In this document: one piece after another, positions 48,206-58,628 of the stretch
How the letters are laid out: every line of letters starts with the position of its first letter
How positions within the stretch are numbered: position 1 is the stretch's first letter
Source of the DNA: Bdellovibrionales bacterium
GTDB taxonomy: Bacteria; Bdellovibrionota; Bdellovibrionia; Bdellovibrionales; JAGQZY01
Assembly: GCA_964230645.1 (NCBI GenBank)
Contig: CAXRHT010000001.1
Coordinates: forward strand, 384,001-448,000
Length of the DNA: 64,000 nucleotides
Reading direction: 5' to 3'
Program-made: the position numbers and the translations under genes
Notes under the pieces: generated by a model
Told to the model about the DNA's origin: nothing
Databases searched by the model: none
The model's input: the letters and a program-made list of their open reading frames with translations, nothing else

Positions 48206-49672
48206 ATGCTTATTCAATCCTTTGTTAAAACAGATTTTGGCCTTCGCCCCATTGGAGTGGAGGTTGTCCTTGTCCCCGGTGTTTCACAGATTCAAATATT
48301 AGGTCTTGCCGATCAAGTCATCAAAGAGAGCTCTAAAAGAATACTTTCGGCTCTCAGACATCAAGGTTTTCGAATTCCTCCGGGAAAACAAGCTCTCGTG
48401 AATCTTCAGCCCCATTACCTTAGAAAATCCAGTCAGGGCTTAGACCTTCCCATTGCTTTAGGCATTTTGATGGAGTCCGACCAACTCCCAATTGACTCTT
48501 TTGATTTAAAAAACATCTATTGTTACGGCTCCCTTTCTCTAAAAGGCGAAATCAAAACACCTCCGGATTTAAACCTCCTAAACTTTGAGGACTTTGAAAA
48601 AAAGGTTTTGACGGGCCCGAGTGATGAAGCTTTTCGCTTTCCCACTCTGCAACTGAATGAACTTAAAAACTGGGAAGAAGAGATGATCTTAAAATCACCT
48701 CAAGTGAGTTCTTTTCAGTACAAGGAGCCTTCCTTTGATCCTGAAATTCGCTTTGATCAGCAAACAGCAAGGTTAATGTCTATTGTCGCACTGGGAGAGC
48801 ATCCCCTATTGATTGCCGGACACGCGGGAAGTGGAAAAACCACTATGGTGGAGTGTCTGGCCCAAATTTTAGGCCCTCCAGAGGAGAACATCTTTCGTGA
48901 ATCTCAAAAATACTGGAAACTCTCAGATAGAGAGTTGCGCTCCCGACCCATCGTGCAACCCCATCATTCCGCCACCCCTATCTCAATGGTGGGTGGTGGA
49001 CGACCCCTGAGATTTGGTGAAATCTCTCTTGCTCATGGAGGAGCCCTTATTTTGGATGAGCTTCTTGAGTTTCATCCCCAAGTTCAAAGTGCGTTACGAG
49101 AGCCCATGGAGAAATCAAAAATACAATTGGTTCGAGTGGGCTCTCGAAAGGAGTTTCCCGCCCAGTGCCTTATCCTTGCCACCACCAATCTGTGCCCCTG
49201 TGGAAATTTTCAACCCACTGCTACTTATCAATGTCGCTGCTCAAGTCTCAAGCTTAGAAACTATCTCGAAAAACTCACCGGCCCCTTTCTTGATCGCTTC
49301 GCCCTTTTCTATCTTACCCGGAAAAGCCCTGTGGATATCCAATTGAGCCTCAAGGAGATCAAAGAAAAGATCTCTAGTGCTCGAGAATTTCAAAGAAAAT
49401 CGAGGAACCAAGAGGGTATTAATCAGCGCCTCCCTCTTAAAGAGGTCATCAAAAGTTTCTCAAAAAAAGTGGATGAGAGCCTTCTCCCCCCTTCTACAAG
49501 CCTCAGGCGGAAGAATTCGCTCCTGCGTGTGGCAAGGACTCTGGCGGACCTTGAGCACTCAATAGGCATTGAGCCTCGCCATCTCGAAGAGGCTCAGTTT
49601 TGGACCGCTCATGATATGTACCAAATCCAGCGCTTTCGCCTGGAAGATTTTGCCATGCGCCAACCTCTGTAG
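48206..49672 (+). CDS. comM: YifB/ComM Mg-chelatase-like AAA+ ATPase
   Basis: LGLAD..IKES..R, DLPIALGIL, GHAGSGKT, PHHS, GEISLAHGGALILDELLEF, LREPME, CPCG, GPFLDRF, RVARTLADL. Confidence 0.88.
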   Translation: MLIQSFVKTDFGLRPIGVEVVLVPGVSQIQILGLADQVIKESSKRILSALRHQGFRIPPGKQALVNLQPHYLRKSSQGLDLPIALGILMESDQLPIDSFDLKNIYCYGSLSLKGEIKTPPDLNLLNFEDFEKKVLTGPSDEAFRFPTLQLNELKNWEEEMILKSPQVSSFQYKEPSFDPEIRFDQQTARLMSIVALGEHPLLIAGHAGSGKTTMVECLAQILGPPEENIFRESQKYWKLSDRELRSRPIVQPHHSATPISMVGGGRPLRFGEISLAHGGALILDELLEFHPQVQSALREPMEKSKIQLVRVGSRKEFPAQCLILATTNLCPCGNFQPTATYQCRCSSLKLRNYLEKLTGPFLDRFALFYLTRKSPVDIQLSLKEIKEKISSAREFQRKSRNQEGINQRLPLKEVIKSFSKKVDESLLPPSTSLRRKNSLLRVARTLADLEHSIGIEPRHLEEAQFWTAHDMYQIQRFRLEDFAMRQPL

Positions 49673-49674
49673 GC

Positions 49675-49703
49675 TTGCCACCCTGGCTCCCAACGCGTAG
49701 TAT
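49675..49703 (+). promoter_or_regulatory. Sigma70-type promoter of tRNA-Cys
   Basis: TTGCCA-17 bp-TAGTAT directly upstream of the tRNA. Confidence 0.7.
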
Positions 49704-49720
49704 CTAACGCTTCAACCAGG

Positions 49721-49794
49721 GGTGGTGTGGCCGAGTGGCTAGGCAGTGGACTGCAAATCCATCTACGGGGATTCGAATTCCTCCACCACCTCCA
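49721..49794 (+). tRNA. tRNA-Cys (GCA)
   Basis: Acceptor stem GGTGGTG/CACCACC, U73 discriminator, encoded CCA, anticodon arm GTGGA-CTGCAAA-TCCAT, T-loop TTCGAAT. Confidence 0.95.
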
Positions 49795-49885
49795 TTCAAA
49801 ATACCGGAATTCACGTATACCTGGTGACCGGAATACCCGGATTCAAAAAGCGCAACATTCCCTCAAGAAGCTCCAAAAAACAATG

Positions 49886-50323
49886 CTAGTTCACCGTTGC
49901 AACTGTCTTGTGGGTCGCTGGTGCTTTCTTCGCTCTAATTTCCACTTTTTCAGTGAGGATTTTTGCGAAGATTGGCCGGTAGTGATCAAAATACATAACC
50001 CCTAAAATGAGGTTTAGTAAAAAGACGAAAGCTCCCATGAATCCCGATGATATATCGAGAAAAAGATGAAAGGCCATAATGTTGATAGCCACTGGCGCGA
50101 ACAGCAATACTCCCAGCGGAGCTGTGGCGGAAAAAAGAACCAATGCTCCACACAAAATTTCTGTGAATCCAATCATTGGCAACATATAGCCTGTTTCAAC
50201 AAGGGCTCCCATGAACTGTCCAGCTTCAGCACTCAATTCAGGTGGAGGAAGAAGACCAAAAAACTTGTTGGCACCCATCAGAACTAAAAACAATCCAAAA
50301 ATAATTCTTAAACCGTTTCTCAT
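49886..50323 (-). CDS. DoxX family membrane protein
   Basis: LRIIFGL...GANKFF...ETGY...EILCG...AP..INI..FH; four TM segments. Confidence 0.85.
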   Translation of the reverse strand: MRNGLRIIFGLFLVLMGANKFFGLLPPPELSAEAGQFMGALVETGYMLPMIGFTEILCGALVLFSATAPLGVLLFAPVAINIMAFHLFLDISSGFMGAFVFLLNLILGVMYFDHYRPIFAKILTEKVEIRAKKAPATHKTVATVN

Positions 50324-50466
50324 AATACTCTCCTTTATTAATCACGGATTCCTTCCCGTGCTCTCCACTATGTTAAATGAACTATTTGACTAAAGCCTTT
50401 TGCAATTATGAATTAAACTTCACACAATAAATATACGAAAGGACGAAAGTACTATTTTAGCGAAGC

Positions 50467-50503
50467 AAAAAAAAAGCTGATCCCTTTTATTGGATCAGCT
50501 TTT
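50467..50503 (-). terminator. Rho-independent terminator
   Basis: AAAAGCTGATCC-loop-GGATCAGCTTTT with an extended A-run. Confidence 0.85.
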
Positions 50504-50546
50504 CGCTGAGTCATGAAAGACTCGATGATCAAACTTTTACAAAGTC

Positions 50547-50915
50547 TTATTGTGGTAATTGAAAAGAAACAGATGTTTCGCCAGCACCTCTGATGGTGAT
50601 GAAAGCACGCTCAAAGTAGCTATCTGTTAGCATCACTTCTGGAAGATCAAGCTCCAGATTCCGAGTGATATAAGCCTCGCACATGTCTGGCTTGTCGGTT
50701 GTGTGAACAAGCTCTAGACCACATTGTACGGGGAAAGACTCAAGACATCCGCCCATGAGCTTTAGTTCAAAATAATGTTCAGAACAGCCACCGCCGTAGG
50801 AAACACTGAGTTCAACCTTCTGTGTTTCACTGTTGTACTGTCCGCTGTTGATTGAAGCTGCGTTAGCCACAGATCCAACGACCATTAAAGAAAATACCAG
50901 TCCAAATAATTTCAT
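50547..50915 (-). CDS. Hypothetical secreted protein
   Basis: AAGGAG RBS, signal peptide ending ANA, VSYGGGC...CLESFPVQC...DMCEA. Confidence 0.8.
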   Translation of the reverse strand: MKLFGLVFSLMVVGSVANAASINSGQYNSETQKVELSVSYGGGCSEHYFELKLMGGCLESFPVQCGLELVHTTDKPDMCEAYITRNLELDLPEVMLTDSYFERAFITIRGAGETSVSFQLPQ

Positions 50916-51052
50916 TATGTTCTCCTTACTTTAGAGCTTTCTGGTATCAGAAAAACGCAGGAGCCGGTATAGAATGTTTTACAATTGAAAAGTGAATCTT
51001 TGTCACATTCATCGCGAGATTGAAGTAATTCCACTAAACCGATTGATTTAGA

Positions 51053-51940
51053 TTAAAGGTCTAAATTCTTATCGGAGTCTATGCCGGAGAGGGGATGGTG
51101 ATTTTCCACCGTGTCTTGCATCTTTTTAGTGCTGACGTTGGTGTAGATTTGAGTGGTTTGAATACTCGAATGGCCCAAAAGCTTTTGGATCGAACGCAGA
51201 TCCGCTCCAGATTCAAGCAGAGCTGTCGCACAACCGTGCCGAAACTGATGGGGATGGATGGTTTTTTCAAACCCGGCTTTTTTAGACCAGGCATCCAGCC
51301 AGCGCCAAATATCAACCCGCGATGGCCTTTTTCCGCGATCATTCACAAGAATAGAGGTCTCCCCTTCTTTAGCAAGATGAGGCCTGACTTGTCTTAGATA
51401 AACTCTGAGTTCTTGTAAAAGGTGACCGGTTAAAGGAACCAGTCGCTCTTTGCCACCTTTCCCGTGAATTTTAATCCAGGCATCGGACTCATTGAAATCA
51501 ATCAAATTAAATTGAATGAGTTCAGTCACCCGACAACCAAGTCCAAAGAGTAATGTTAAAGTGATATGGTTTCTAGCCGACTTATAGGGGTCATCCACAT
51601 GGGAGGCTTCATTGAGTTTGTTGAAATCTTCAAGAGTTAAAGCTGAAGGCATTTTTGTCTCAACCTTTGGTGGCCGAAGTTGGGAGAGATCAGGAATCTT
51701 TTCGCCCCGCTTTTGGCAGAACTTATAGTAAGTTCGGATACTACTGATCACTCGGGCTTGTGATCTTTTCGATAGCTTTTGCTTACTTAAATACTGATAG
51801 ATTCCGTTGATGTCCCGATGGGTTTCTAAAAACTCTGCAAAAAGTTCTAAGTCCCTTCGATAGGCAAGGATCGTGTTTTTCGATCGTCCTCGAACATTTT
51901 TTAAATCATCAAAAAATTCAACCCAGTACTTTAGTGCCAT
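51053..51940 (-). CDS. XerC/XerD-type tyrosine recombinase
   Basis: S.NTILAYRRDL, GCRVTEL, GKGGKERLVP, HPHQFRHGCATALLESGADLRSIQKLLGHSSIQTTQIYT. Confidence 0.92.
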   Translation of the reverse strand: MALKYWVEFFDDLKNVRGRSKNTILAYRRDLELFAEFLETHRDINGIYQYLSKQKLSKRSQARVISSIRTYYKFCQKRGEKIPDLSQLRPPKVETKMPSALTLEDFNKLNEASHVDDPYKSARNHITLTLLFGLGCRVTELIQFNLIDFNESDAWIKIHGKGGKERLVPLTGHLLQELRVYLRQVRPHLAKEGETSILVNDRGKRPSRVDIWRWLDAWSKKAGFEKTIHPHQFRHGCATALLESGADLRSIQKLLGHSSIQTTQIYTNVSTKKMQDTVENHHPLSGIDSDKNLDL

Positions 51941-52032
51941 AAGATTATTGTTACACGAAACCCCTGATTTGCAAGGCGCTCATCACACATTGCAACAAGG
52001 ATAGCGGGGTAAAAAGCCCCATGAATAAGTGA

Positions 52033-53202
52033 TCAGTGCACTTCAGCCTGCAGACTCTTTTTCCTTTGAGATGAGACCTTTTCAAGTTGCGCGTTCGGGT
52101 AATAATGACTCAAGATCTCTTTAAAATTTTTGCCATTACGAGCCCAACGCTGCGCCCCCCATTGGCACATACCCACTCCATGACCGAAACCCCGCCCTTT
52201 AAATTCAATACTCTCACCAAGGTGTGTAACGGCAAAATGAGTGCTCCTAAGCTTTGAAAAGCCCAAGAGTCTTCTAAACTCATTGGCCTCAAGTCTTTTG
52301 ATAATATTATTTGAAAAGACAAAATCGATAACATGAGCCCGCGACTTTTCTCCTAGCCTTGGAAGAATACTTTTTAGATTTACTCCAAAGGGCAAAAAGA
52401 ACACGTCTTTTAATAGACGTGTGAGCTTTGCCTTATCTACCAATATCGACCAATTGTTTTTTGAGGCCGACTGGCAATAAGGGTCTTTCACTTCTACATT
52501 TAAAGAGGTGGGCTGACGCCAAACAACTTTCTCCTGACTCGTTCCCCCTCCACAGTCGGCATGAAAGTAAGCGGGAAAAATTTGGGAGGTCTTTTTGGAA
52601 GTTAAAATCTGCCCATGGGTCTCGTTCACAGCCTTGACTATATTTTTGTGTTTTTTTGCATCCATTTTAAAAACCTGATCCATCGTATCGGACCTCACAT
52701 CAAAAACCTCTGCCTTTCTCTCTTGTTTTTTAAACAGAAAATAAGTTCTTGAAGCGATGGCTTGCGCCTTTAATGTTTCCTCGGGCCAAGAAGACGGCAC
52801 TTCAGCGGCCATCACCCCGTAAAGGTACTGATCAACAGGGAGGTGAAGAACCCATAGAGTTTTCTTATTTTCAAAATAAAGGCTTACTTTTTGAAGAACT
52901 CTATTCTCAAGAGAAAAAGAACCGGTAAGGACAAAATGCCCTCCCTTGATTTCTCTTGATAAATTTTCTTCAACATTTTTTAGTCGCAGAACATTCTTGT
53001 GACGATTAAACTTCCAGGTTCCTGGCCGCAGCTTTAACTTGTCTTGGTCACAAGTGTGCCCGTCTTTGTCCTTACAAGAAACCCAAAGTGTTCCTGTGAT
53101 GACTTTTTCATTATTAAACTCGTCAATGAGAACGCGAGCCTCAAAAGCAAAGACGGGAGAACTTAAGCTTATTAAACTTAATAGGAAGCTGATGATGCGC
53201 AA
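52033..53202 (-). CDS. SpoIID/LytB domain protein (putative peptidoglycan lytic enzyme)
   Basis: YLYGVMAAEVPSSW..E.LKAQAIASRTY, DQV, GRGFGHGVGMCQWGA, ILSHYYP. Confidence 0.92.
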   Translation of the reverse strand: MRIISFLLSLISLSSPVFAFEARVLIDEFNNEKVITGTLWVSCKDKDGHTCDQDKLKLRPGTWKFNRHKNVLRLKNVEENLSREIKGGHFVLTGSFSLENRVLQKVSLYFENKKTLWVLHLPVDQYLYGVMAAEVPSSWPEETLKAQAIASRTYFLFKKQERKAEVFDVRSDTMDQVFKMDAKKHKNIVKAVNETHGQILTSKKTSQIFPAYFHADCGGGTSQEKVVWRQPTSLNVEVKDPYCQSASKNNWSILVDKAKLTRLLKDVFFLPFGVNLKSILPRLGEKSRAHVIDFVFSNNIIKRLEANEFRRLLGFSKLRSTHFAVTHLGESIEFKGRGFGHGVGMCQWGAQRWARNGKNFKEILSHYYPNAQLEKVSSQRKKSLQAEVH

Positions 53203-53291
53203 AAATTCCCCTCCGCCGAAGACTCTTAGGATAACAGAGTTTCTTTGGAGGTTTCAAAAGACTAAAAGAGAGTTCTTAAAACTTTTTGACT

Positions 53292-54080
53292 CTACTGAGT
53301 CTTGTTAGGACTATCGTCGAGCTTTTCAGCCACCTTAACTGGATTGAAAAGCGAGCCCAGAGTGTCCAAAGGAAGTGGGAAAACAATGGTGTTAGTCCCT
53401 TCTCCGGCCACTTCACTTAAGGACTGCAGATAAGCTAGTTGTAGTGAGCCTGGGGCTTCGGCTAGCTTTGTGGCTGCCTGCATGAGTTTTTCAGATCGTT
53501 GCAATTCCCCTTCAGCTGAGATTACCTTGGCACGCCGGTCACGTTCGGCTTCCGCCTGTCTAGCCATAGCTCTTTGCATTTCTTTTGGTAAGTCGATGTG
53601 CTTGACCTCAACCGTTGAAACCTTAATACCCCATTGCTCCGTGGCTTCATCAAGAATGACTTGTAAGCGCTGATTGATTTTATCGCGTTGGGAGAGAATA
53701 TCATCCATCTGAAACTGCCCCATGATCGAACGCAATGTTGTTTGAGTGAGTTGCGAGGTGGCGAAAAGATAGTCCTCCACCTTGGTGACGGCGGCTTCAG
53801 GCTCTGTCACTCGAAAATATACCACGGCATTCACCTTCATACTCACGTTATCAAGGGTAATGACGTCTTGTGGTTGAATATCCATAGTCACCGTTCTTGT
53901 GTCCACGCGAATGACCCGGTCAATGATAGGAATTAAAATAATAAGTCCAGGTCCTTTAATACCAATGGAGTGCCCAAGTCTTAGAACCACTCCTCTTTCC
54001 CATTCCGACAGGATTTTGATCATTGAAACTAAAAGTGTCAGACCAAAAATGACCAGAAAAATTAAAACTGAAAACGTCAT
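53292..54080 (-). CDS. Slipin / stomatin-like SPFH protein
   Basis: [52 protein letters not shown] 54080 has a GAGGAG RBS and overlaps the nfeD stop. Confidence 0.93.
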   Translation of the reverse strand: MTFSVLIFLVIFGLTLLVSMIKILSEWERGVVLRLGHSIGIKGPGLIILIPIIDRVIRVDTRTVTMDIQPQDVITLDNVSMKVNAVVYFRVTEPEAAVTKVEDYLFATSQLTQTTLRSIMGQFQMDDILSQRDKINQRLQVILDEATEQWGIKVSTVEVKHIDLPKEMQRAMARQAEAERDRRAKVISAEGELQRSEKLMQAATKLAEAPGSLQLAYLQSLSEVAGEGTNTIVFPLPLDTLGSLFNPVKVAEKLDDSPNKTQ

Positions 54081-55375
54081 ACTTCTCCTCTTTCTTTTTC
54101 TTTGCGAACTGTCAAAAGAAAACCATCGGCTTTGACGATCAGAGCCGTATCCCCCTCTTTGAGAGGATCCTCTGATAGGATTTGCCAAAGCTCGCCTTGA
54201 TAATGGCCCATTCCTTTTTTCTCTTTTATATCAAAAGATTTCACCACTAATGTTTTGCCGGTTAGCTTTTCTTTTTTTCGATTTTGTCTTCCCTTTTTCA
54301 TAGCACCCACTGCTAAATAGGAAATTCCAGCCATCAGCACAAATAAACTCACTGACGTGGCAATGAGTAAGCCCAGCGGAATAGCGTAGCCGGAAGACTC
54401 GTCAAATAGAAACAATGACCCCACCACAAACGAGGCTAAACCTCCAAGGCCAAGAGCTCCGAAGCTTGGAACGAAAATTTCTGCAAACATAAAAGCCACT
54501 CCTAAAAAGAGAAGCAAGACTCCTCCCCAAGAGACATCAAGCATATGAAAATTTACTAAAGAGATCACAATTCCCATGGCCCCGACCACTCCCGGAAGAA
54601 TGGCTCCAGGATGAGTCATTTCAAAATAAAGAAGTCCAAGACTTCCCATAAAAATAAGATAGGCCCACTGAGGATTTGATAGGATTTGTAAAACATTGTG
54701 GCGTAAGTCTGGGGCATAGACGATGATTTCCCCGGTCTTCACCTCGACTTTTTCTTCAGTGTTCATTCGAACTTTTTGGGTCTGTGCAAATTTTAAAAAA
54801 CTCTCAAGATCCGTGGCCACGATATCAATGGCTCCTGCCTTTTTGGCTTCTTTCGCATCCAAAGCTTTAGCTTCAAGTACGATGTCTTCGGCAAATTTCT
54901 CGCTGCGCCCTCGGTACTTCGCTAAACCCTCAACCCAACTTCTTGTGTCTTCAAATATTTTTTTTCGTAAATCTTCGGGCATCTCTTGCCCTGTTCCGGT
55001 AACGGGGCTTGCAGCTCCGATATTTGTAGCCTCCACGGCTCCATTGACATGACAAGCTTGCATGAGAATAGCTCCAGCACTTCCTGCATGTCCTCCCGTT
55101 GGATGAACCACGCAAAGAAAGGGAACAGAGGAACTCATTATCAGTTCCACAATTTTCCTGGTGGACTGTAAACTTCCCCCAGGTGTATTGATTCGCACCA
55201 AAATAGACTGACAGTTTTTCTCTTTCGCCTTTTCTTGAGCCCGAACCAAATAATCAAGAGTGGCTGGTCCAACGGTGTCCCTGACTTCAATAGAAAGAGT
55301 GCACTCTCCCCAGGCCTCTCTTGGGAGAGCAAGACTGAGAAAAACCAAAAAGAAAAATCCAAGAAACTTATTCAA
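54077..55375 (-). CDS. nfeD: NfeD family membrane-bound serine protease (long form)
   Basis: INTPGG, AGSAGA, IGAA.PV, KKI, membrane domain E..HPG..LPG, C-terminal OB-fold GELW; paired with slipin; start TTG 55375 or ATG 55408. Confidence 0.9.
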   Translation of the reverse strand: MNKFLGFFFLVFLSLALPREAWGECTLSIEVRDTVGPATLDYLVRAQEKAKEKNCQSILVRINTPGGSLQSTRKIVELIMSSSVPFLCVVHPTGGHAGSAGAILMQACHVNGAVEATNIGAASPVTGTGQEMPEDLRKKIFEDTRSWVEGLAKYRGRSEKFAEDIVLEAKALDAKEAKKAGAIDIVATDLESFLKFAQTQKVRMNTEEKVEVKTGEIIVYAPDLRHNVLQILSNPQWAYLIFMGSLGLLYFEMTHPGAILPGVVGAMGIVISLVNFHMLDVSWGGVLLLFLGVAFMFAEIFVPSFGALGLGGLASFVVGSLFLFDESSGYAIPLGLLIATSVSLFVLMAGISYLAVGAMKKGRQNRKKEKLTGKTLVVKSFDIKEKKGMGHYQGELWQILSEDPLKEGDTALIVKADGFLLTVRKEKERGEV

Positions 55376-55791
55376 ATCAATTGCCTGTACTTTTTCAAAT
55401 GAACCCATGTCTCTTTTTTGTAGGCTGGCTTTTCGAGCAAGGTTTTCAGGGAATGGGTTTTAACAATCTCATGCCCCATCCAATGCACAGACTCCCCAAG
55501 AGTTCCGGGGAAGTCCTCTCCAAAACAAATGACTTTTTTGGATTGGCTCTGATTTTCTAGGATCTGAACACCGGCCTCGCCTTGATTGAGAATCATCACA
55601 TCTTCATTTTTTAACTGAATGGCCACAATCATTTTTGAAAGCATAGTGTACGCTTCGTCCGGCAAAAACTCCTCCACCAAAAACACGAGAGACTTATCGA
55701 AGTCCATCGAAGGATTGGAATTCTGATTTTCAGGGCGGATCATCCAAGGTGACTGTAGGCACTCGGAGACATAGGTGTTCCAAAAATTCAT
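55372..55791 (-). CDS. Hypothetical protein, degenerate uracil-DNA-glycosylase-fold-like
   Basis: LSKMIVAI...VICFG...THSLKTLLEKPAYKKETWVHLK resembles the family-4 UDG C-terminus; catalytic motifs absent. Confidence 0.5.
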   Translation of the reverse strand: MNFWNTYVSECLQSPWMIRPENQNSNPSMDFDKSLVFLVEEFLPDEAYTMLSKMIVAIQLKNEDVMILNQGEAGVQILENQSQSKKVICFGEDFPGTLGESVHWMGHEIVKTHSLKTLLEKPAYKKETWVHLKKYRQLI

Positions 55792-55996
55792 GCCCCCAAT
55801 CTAGTAGAGAGCTAGTAAAAAGGCCAGAAATGAACAAAAATTGCCGCGATAAGTTGCCGGGGGAGAAAATCTTTCCCCGTCGACAAGGCCATATCTCATT
55901 GATTTCACCCGAGAAGCCTTAAGTCCTCCCACCAAATTCCGAATGTTGTGTTGTAAGTAGCTTGGAATCAACCAACTATAAAAAGGAAAAGCACCG

Positions 55997-56197
55997 ATGG
56001 AAATTAGTCGTCCCCAGCAGAAACAGCTCACTCCTCAGCAGGAAGACTTCGTAGAACTTGAAAACCACTGTTGCCTCTGTGGAACGGAATTGGTTTTCGA
56101 GCACAGGCATGATGATGAAGCGGTAAAAATAAAAGAACAAGGTCACTGTCCTTGCTGCAAAATCACACTCAAAGAAAAAGAATTCATGGTTCACTGA
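55997..56197 (+). CDS. Small zinc-ribbon-like protein
   Basis: AAGGA RBS; CCLC...CPCC pairs in 66 aa. Confidence 0.7.
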   Translation: MEISRPQQKQLTPQQEDFVELENHCCLCGTELVFEHRHDDEAVKIKEQGHCPCCKITLKEKEFMVH

Positions 56198-56301
56198 ATC
56201 CATTGGAAAATCACCGAATGAATTCGTGAAAACCCAAGGAACAAAAGGGGATGAAAGATATTCTCCCCACAAAGAAGTTCTGGTTTATCTAAACTCAAAA
56301 A

Positions 56302-57555
56302 TTAAAAACTACCGATCAGACGTGCCTCAACAGTTAGAAGCATCAAATCGAGCGTGGACTCTCTGGGTCCAGCCACAGGATCGGTGTAAGTGACATCACT
56401 GGCAAAATAATTAAGTTGAGTGAAAATCCCAAGTCCCAAACCTTTTGTAAGTGGGCGCTTAATCCCGCCTCCAAATTCAAACATGGTTGGGAAACCAGAC
56501 TCGAAATCAAAGGCATCACCCGAAGAAATAGGATAAAGGTAGCGACCATACACTTCGTAGTTCCAAACCTTATTGCTGCGTTTTTGATACATTAAACCCA
56601 CGTGCAGATTGTAAATGGAGTTATCAAAATAAGTTAAAGCCGCTTGCCCCTGTCTTTCTCTAAAGTAGGGAAGGTTTTGTAATTGGAAACCCAAATCAAG
56701 ACCCAATCGACCGCTCGACATTTTCAACATGTCCATAAACCAAACCACACTCCCCTGAGCCTGCAACCAACTAAAATCATTTCCAGTCACAGTAAGGCCT
56801 GAGCCTATGTCATCAGTTGAGCCAGAAGCGCTCCGAAGAGTTGCCAGTATCAAGAGCTTTTTAGAATAATCCCATTCCAATCCACCGGCAAAAGCGGGAA
56901 TGACAAATGTACTTCCTGAGGTATCAACTCCTCCACCCAAGCCAGCACCGGAAAGAGATACGGAGGTACTAAAGTAAGAAAAACCCAAAGCGCCCCAAAC
57001 TTTCAGTGAGGAATCATCGTAACCTTTTTTTCCAAGGCGATCTTGAATGAGTTGGCCTTGGTCGTTTTTACGAGAATAATAATTATCCGACTGATCAATA
57101 CCTTCGACGTCTCCATCTCGGGCCATATAACTTCTTTCCTCAGCTTCAAAATCATTGGCTCGTCCCTTTTGAGGAACACGGAAATTAAGAGTGAAGGTTC
57201 TCCACTTCTTGTTTTCTTTCACCTGGATCGGAATTTCCACAGCAATGGTGGGAAGATAAAGATCAAAGGTAAAGACTCCGCTCGAGTCGACATCTACGGG
57301 AAATTGAGCTCTGTTTTTTTGAGGAATTTTCGCCCAGCGAGTCTGACCGGAATCGAGGAACATCTTCAAACGATTCCCTTTAATACGAACCACAGCGCCT
57401 GGCGTGGTTTGCCCGGTAAACCTTAAAACACGGCGATTTTTGCGCACCAACTTTTCAGGTACAACCTCTGGTTGCGACCAAGTCACTTTTGCTTGGGACT
57501 CCCAGGCCATGAGCGACAATAAAGAAACAAGAAGGTATTTAACCGCATTTTTCAT
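56302..57555 (-). CDS. Putative outer-membrane beta-barrel protein with an N-terminal Ig-like domain
   Basis: Signal peptide; GQTTPGAVV Ig-like start; alternating amphipathic strands; terminal Phe; alternative start 57567. Confidence 0.65.
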   Translation of the reverse strand: MKNAVKYLLVSLLSLMAWESQAKVTWSQPEVVPEKLVRKNRRVLRFTGQTTPGAVVRIKGNRLKMFLDSGQTRWAKIPQKNRAQFPVDVDSSGVFTFDLYLPTIAVEIPIQVKENKKWRTFTLNFRVPQKGRANDFEAEERSYMARDGDVEGIDQSDNYYSRKNDQGQLIQDRLGKKGYDDSSLKVWGALGFSYFSTSVSLSGAGLGGGVDTSGSTFVIPAFAGGLEWDYSKKLLILATLRSASGSTDDIGSGLTVTGNDFSWLQAQGSVVWFMDMLKMSSGRLGLDLGFQLQNLPYFRERQGQAALTYFDNSIYNLHVGLMYQKRSNKVWNYEVYGRYLYPISSGDAFDFESGFPTMFEFGGGIKRPLTKGLGLGIFTQLNYFASDVTYTDPVAGPRESTLDLMLLTVEARLIGSF

Positions 57556-57697
57556 AGATGACCCCACTGCAAGATGAATAAAGCGTTCCCCGATATTGTC
57601 TCCAAAAGGCCTAGTAGGTTCAACAAACGAAGCCTTACGCTACGCAGTACTAGACAGCTGACGAGCTGCAACAGTCTTAAGTTTTATCTAATTTATA

Positions 57698-58405
57698 CTA
57701 AAGATGGCTTTCTAGGTGATTCTCTAGGACGTCAGGAAGCTCAGAGAAAAAGTCCATGCCCGTGGCCGCTTCCACCTCGTCGACTGTGACCAGAAAATCC
57801 TCTGGCTCCCCGTCTTCCACAAAGCGATTATCGATGAGGTAAGCCACCATACGCTCTTCTTGCGGAAAGTAGGCAATTTTATAATAAGTCTCTGGAACAC
57901 TCACACCAGAATCAATGCGCTCAAGTCCCACATGTAAAATTGGGGCTGTCACAACATGAGCAGTTCCATAGTCAAAAACAAAACCTCTCATGTCCCATTC
58001 AATAGAGGCCCAGATTCTTCGATTAAAACCGGGGCGCTGAGGCGACATATTCGTCATATAAAAAGTTTCACTCATGGCCGTGTGATTGAGTTTCATGTCA
58101 GCCGCAGGAACTAGGTGTCCGCGATCAAATCCCGAGTAGCGGTAGTCACTTGACAAAACAGGATCATCAATCTGTGGATCTTTCCTATAATCGTTGGTTC
58201 GCTTTTGTTTGGATTTGATCGATTCAAGAGTCAATGCGTGTTTCACCCAGCGAGCCTGTCTGTGCTCGGGATCGTAGCAAACAGAGTAGTAGGTGTAATC
58301 CAGAACTTCTGGGCAGAATTCCTGAGGCCAATACTCTTGCTGACTACCGTAAGCTTTAAAACCTACAAACACCAACAAGATGATGAGAAATCGTCTTTGT
58401 TTCAT
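57698..58405 (-). CDS. DNA/RNA non-specific endonuclease (NucA/EndA type), exported
   Basis: SGFDRGHLVPAAD, ETFYMTNMSPQ, FNRRIW..IE, VP..YYK, VDEVEAATGMDFF. Confidence 0.93.
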   Translation of the reverse strand: MKQRRFLIILLVFVGFKAYGSQQEYWPQEFCPEVLDYTYYSVCYDPEHRQARWVKHALTLESIKSKQKRTNDYRKDPQIDDPVLSSDYRYSGFDRGHLVPAADMKLNHTAMSETFYMTNMSPQRPGFNRRIWASIEWDMRGFVFDYGTAHVVTAPILHVGLERIDSGVSVPETYYKIAYFPQEERMVAYLIDNRFVEDGEPEDFLVTVDEVEAATGMDFFSELPDVLENHLESHL

Positions 58406-58628
58406 GGCCCCTCCTTGGACTGAAAACAGAAGATGGAAATCGTTTCATCTCACAACTGTGAGTTCTATCACGACTCTTGCTTTGTGGTATTCCAGCAAGA
58501 ACAACTTAAGACCTTGGTCTTGCTTGGAACTTTCCACTGAATTTATTGTAGCAACGTTAGAATTGGGTGCACGTTAAGATCTTGTTTGGCTTTCTTTACG
58601 GAATGGGGAAGCAATGAAGATTGCGGGG

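Noticed and set aside
49727..50005. 92-aa plus-strand ORF
   Set aside because: Runs through the tRNA-Cys gene and antisense to the DoxX gene
49721..51940. Genomic island or prophage integrated at tRNA-Cys using the tyrosine recombinase
   Set aside because: The recombinase has XerC/D housekeeping signatures, I saw no duplicated tRNA 3' end, and the neighbouring genes are ordinary
54081..54188. 36-aa N-terminal extension of the slipin ORF
   Set aside because: Lies inside nfeD; ATG 54080 has a clear RBS and an ATGA overlap
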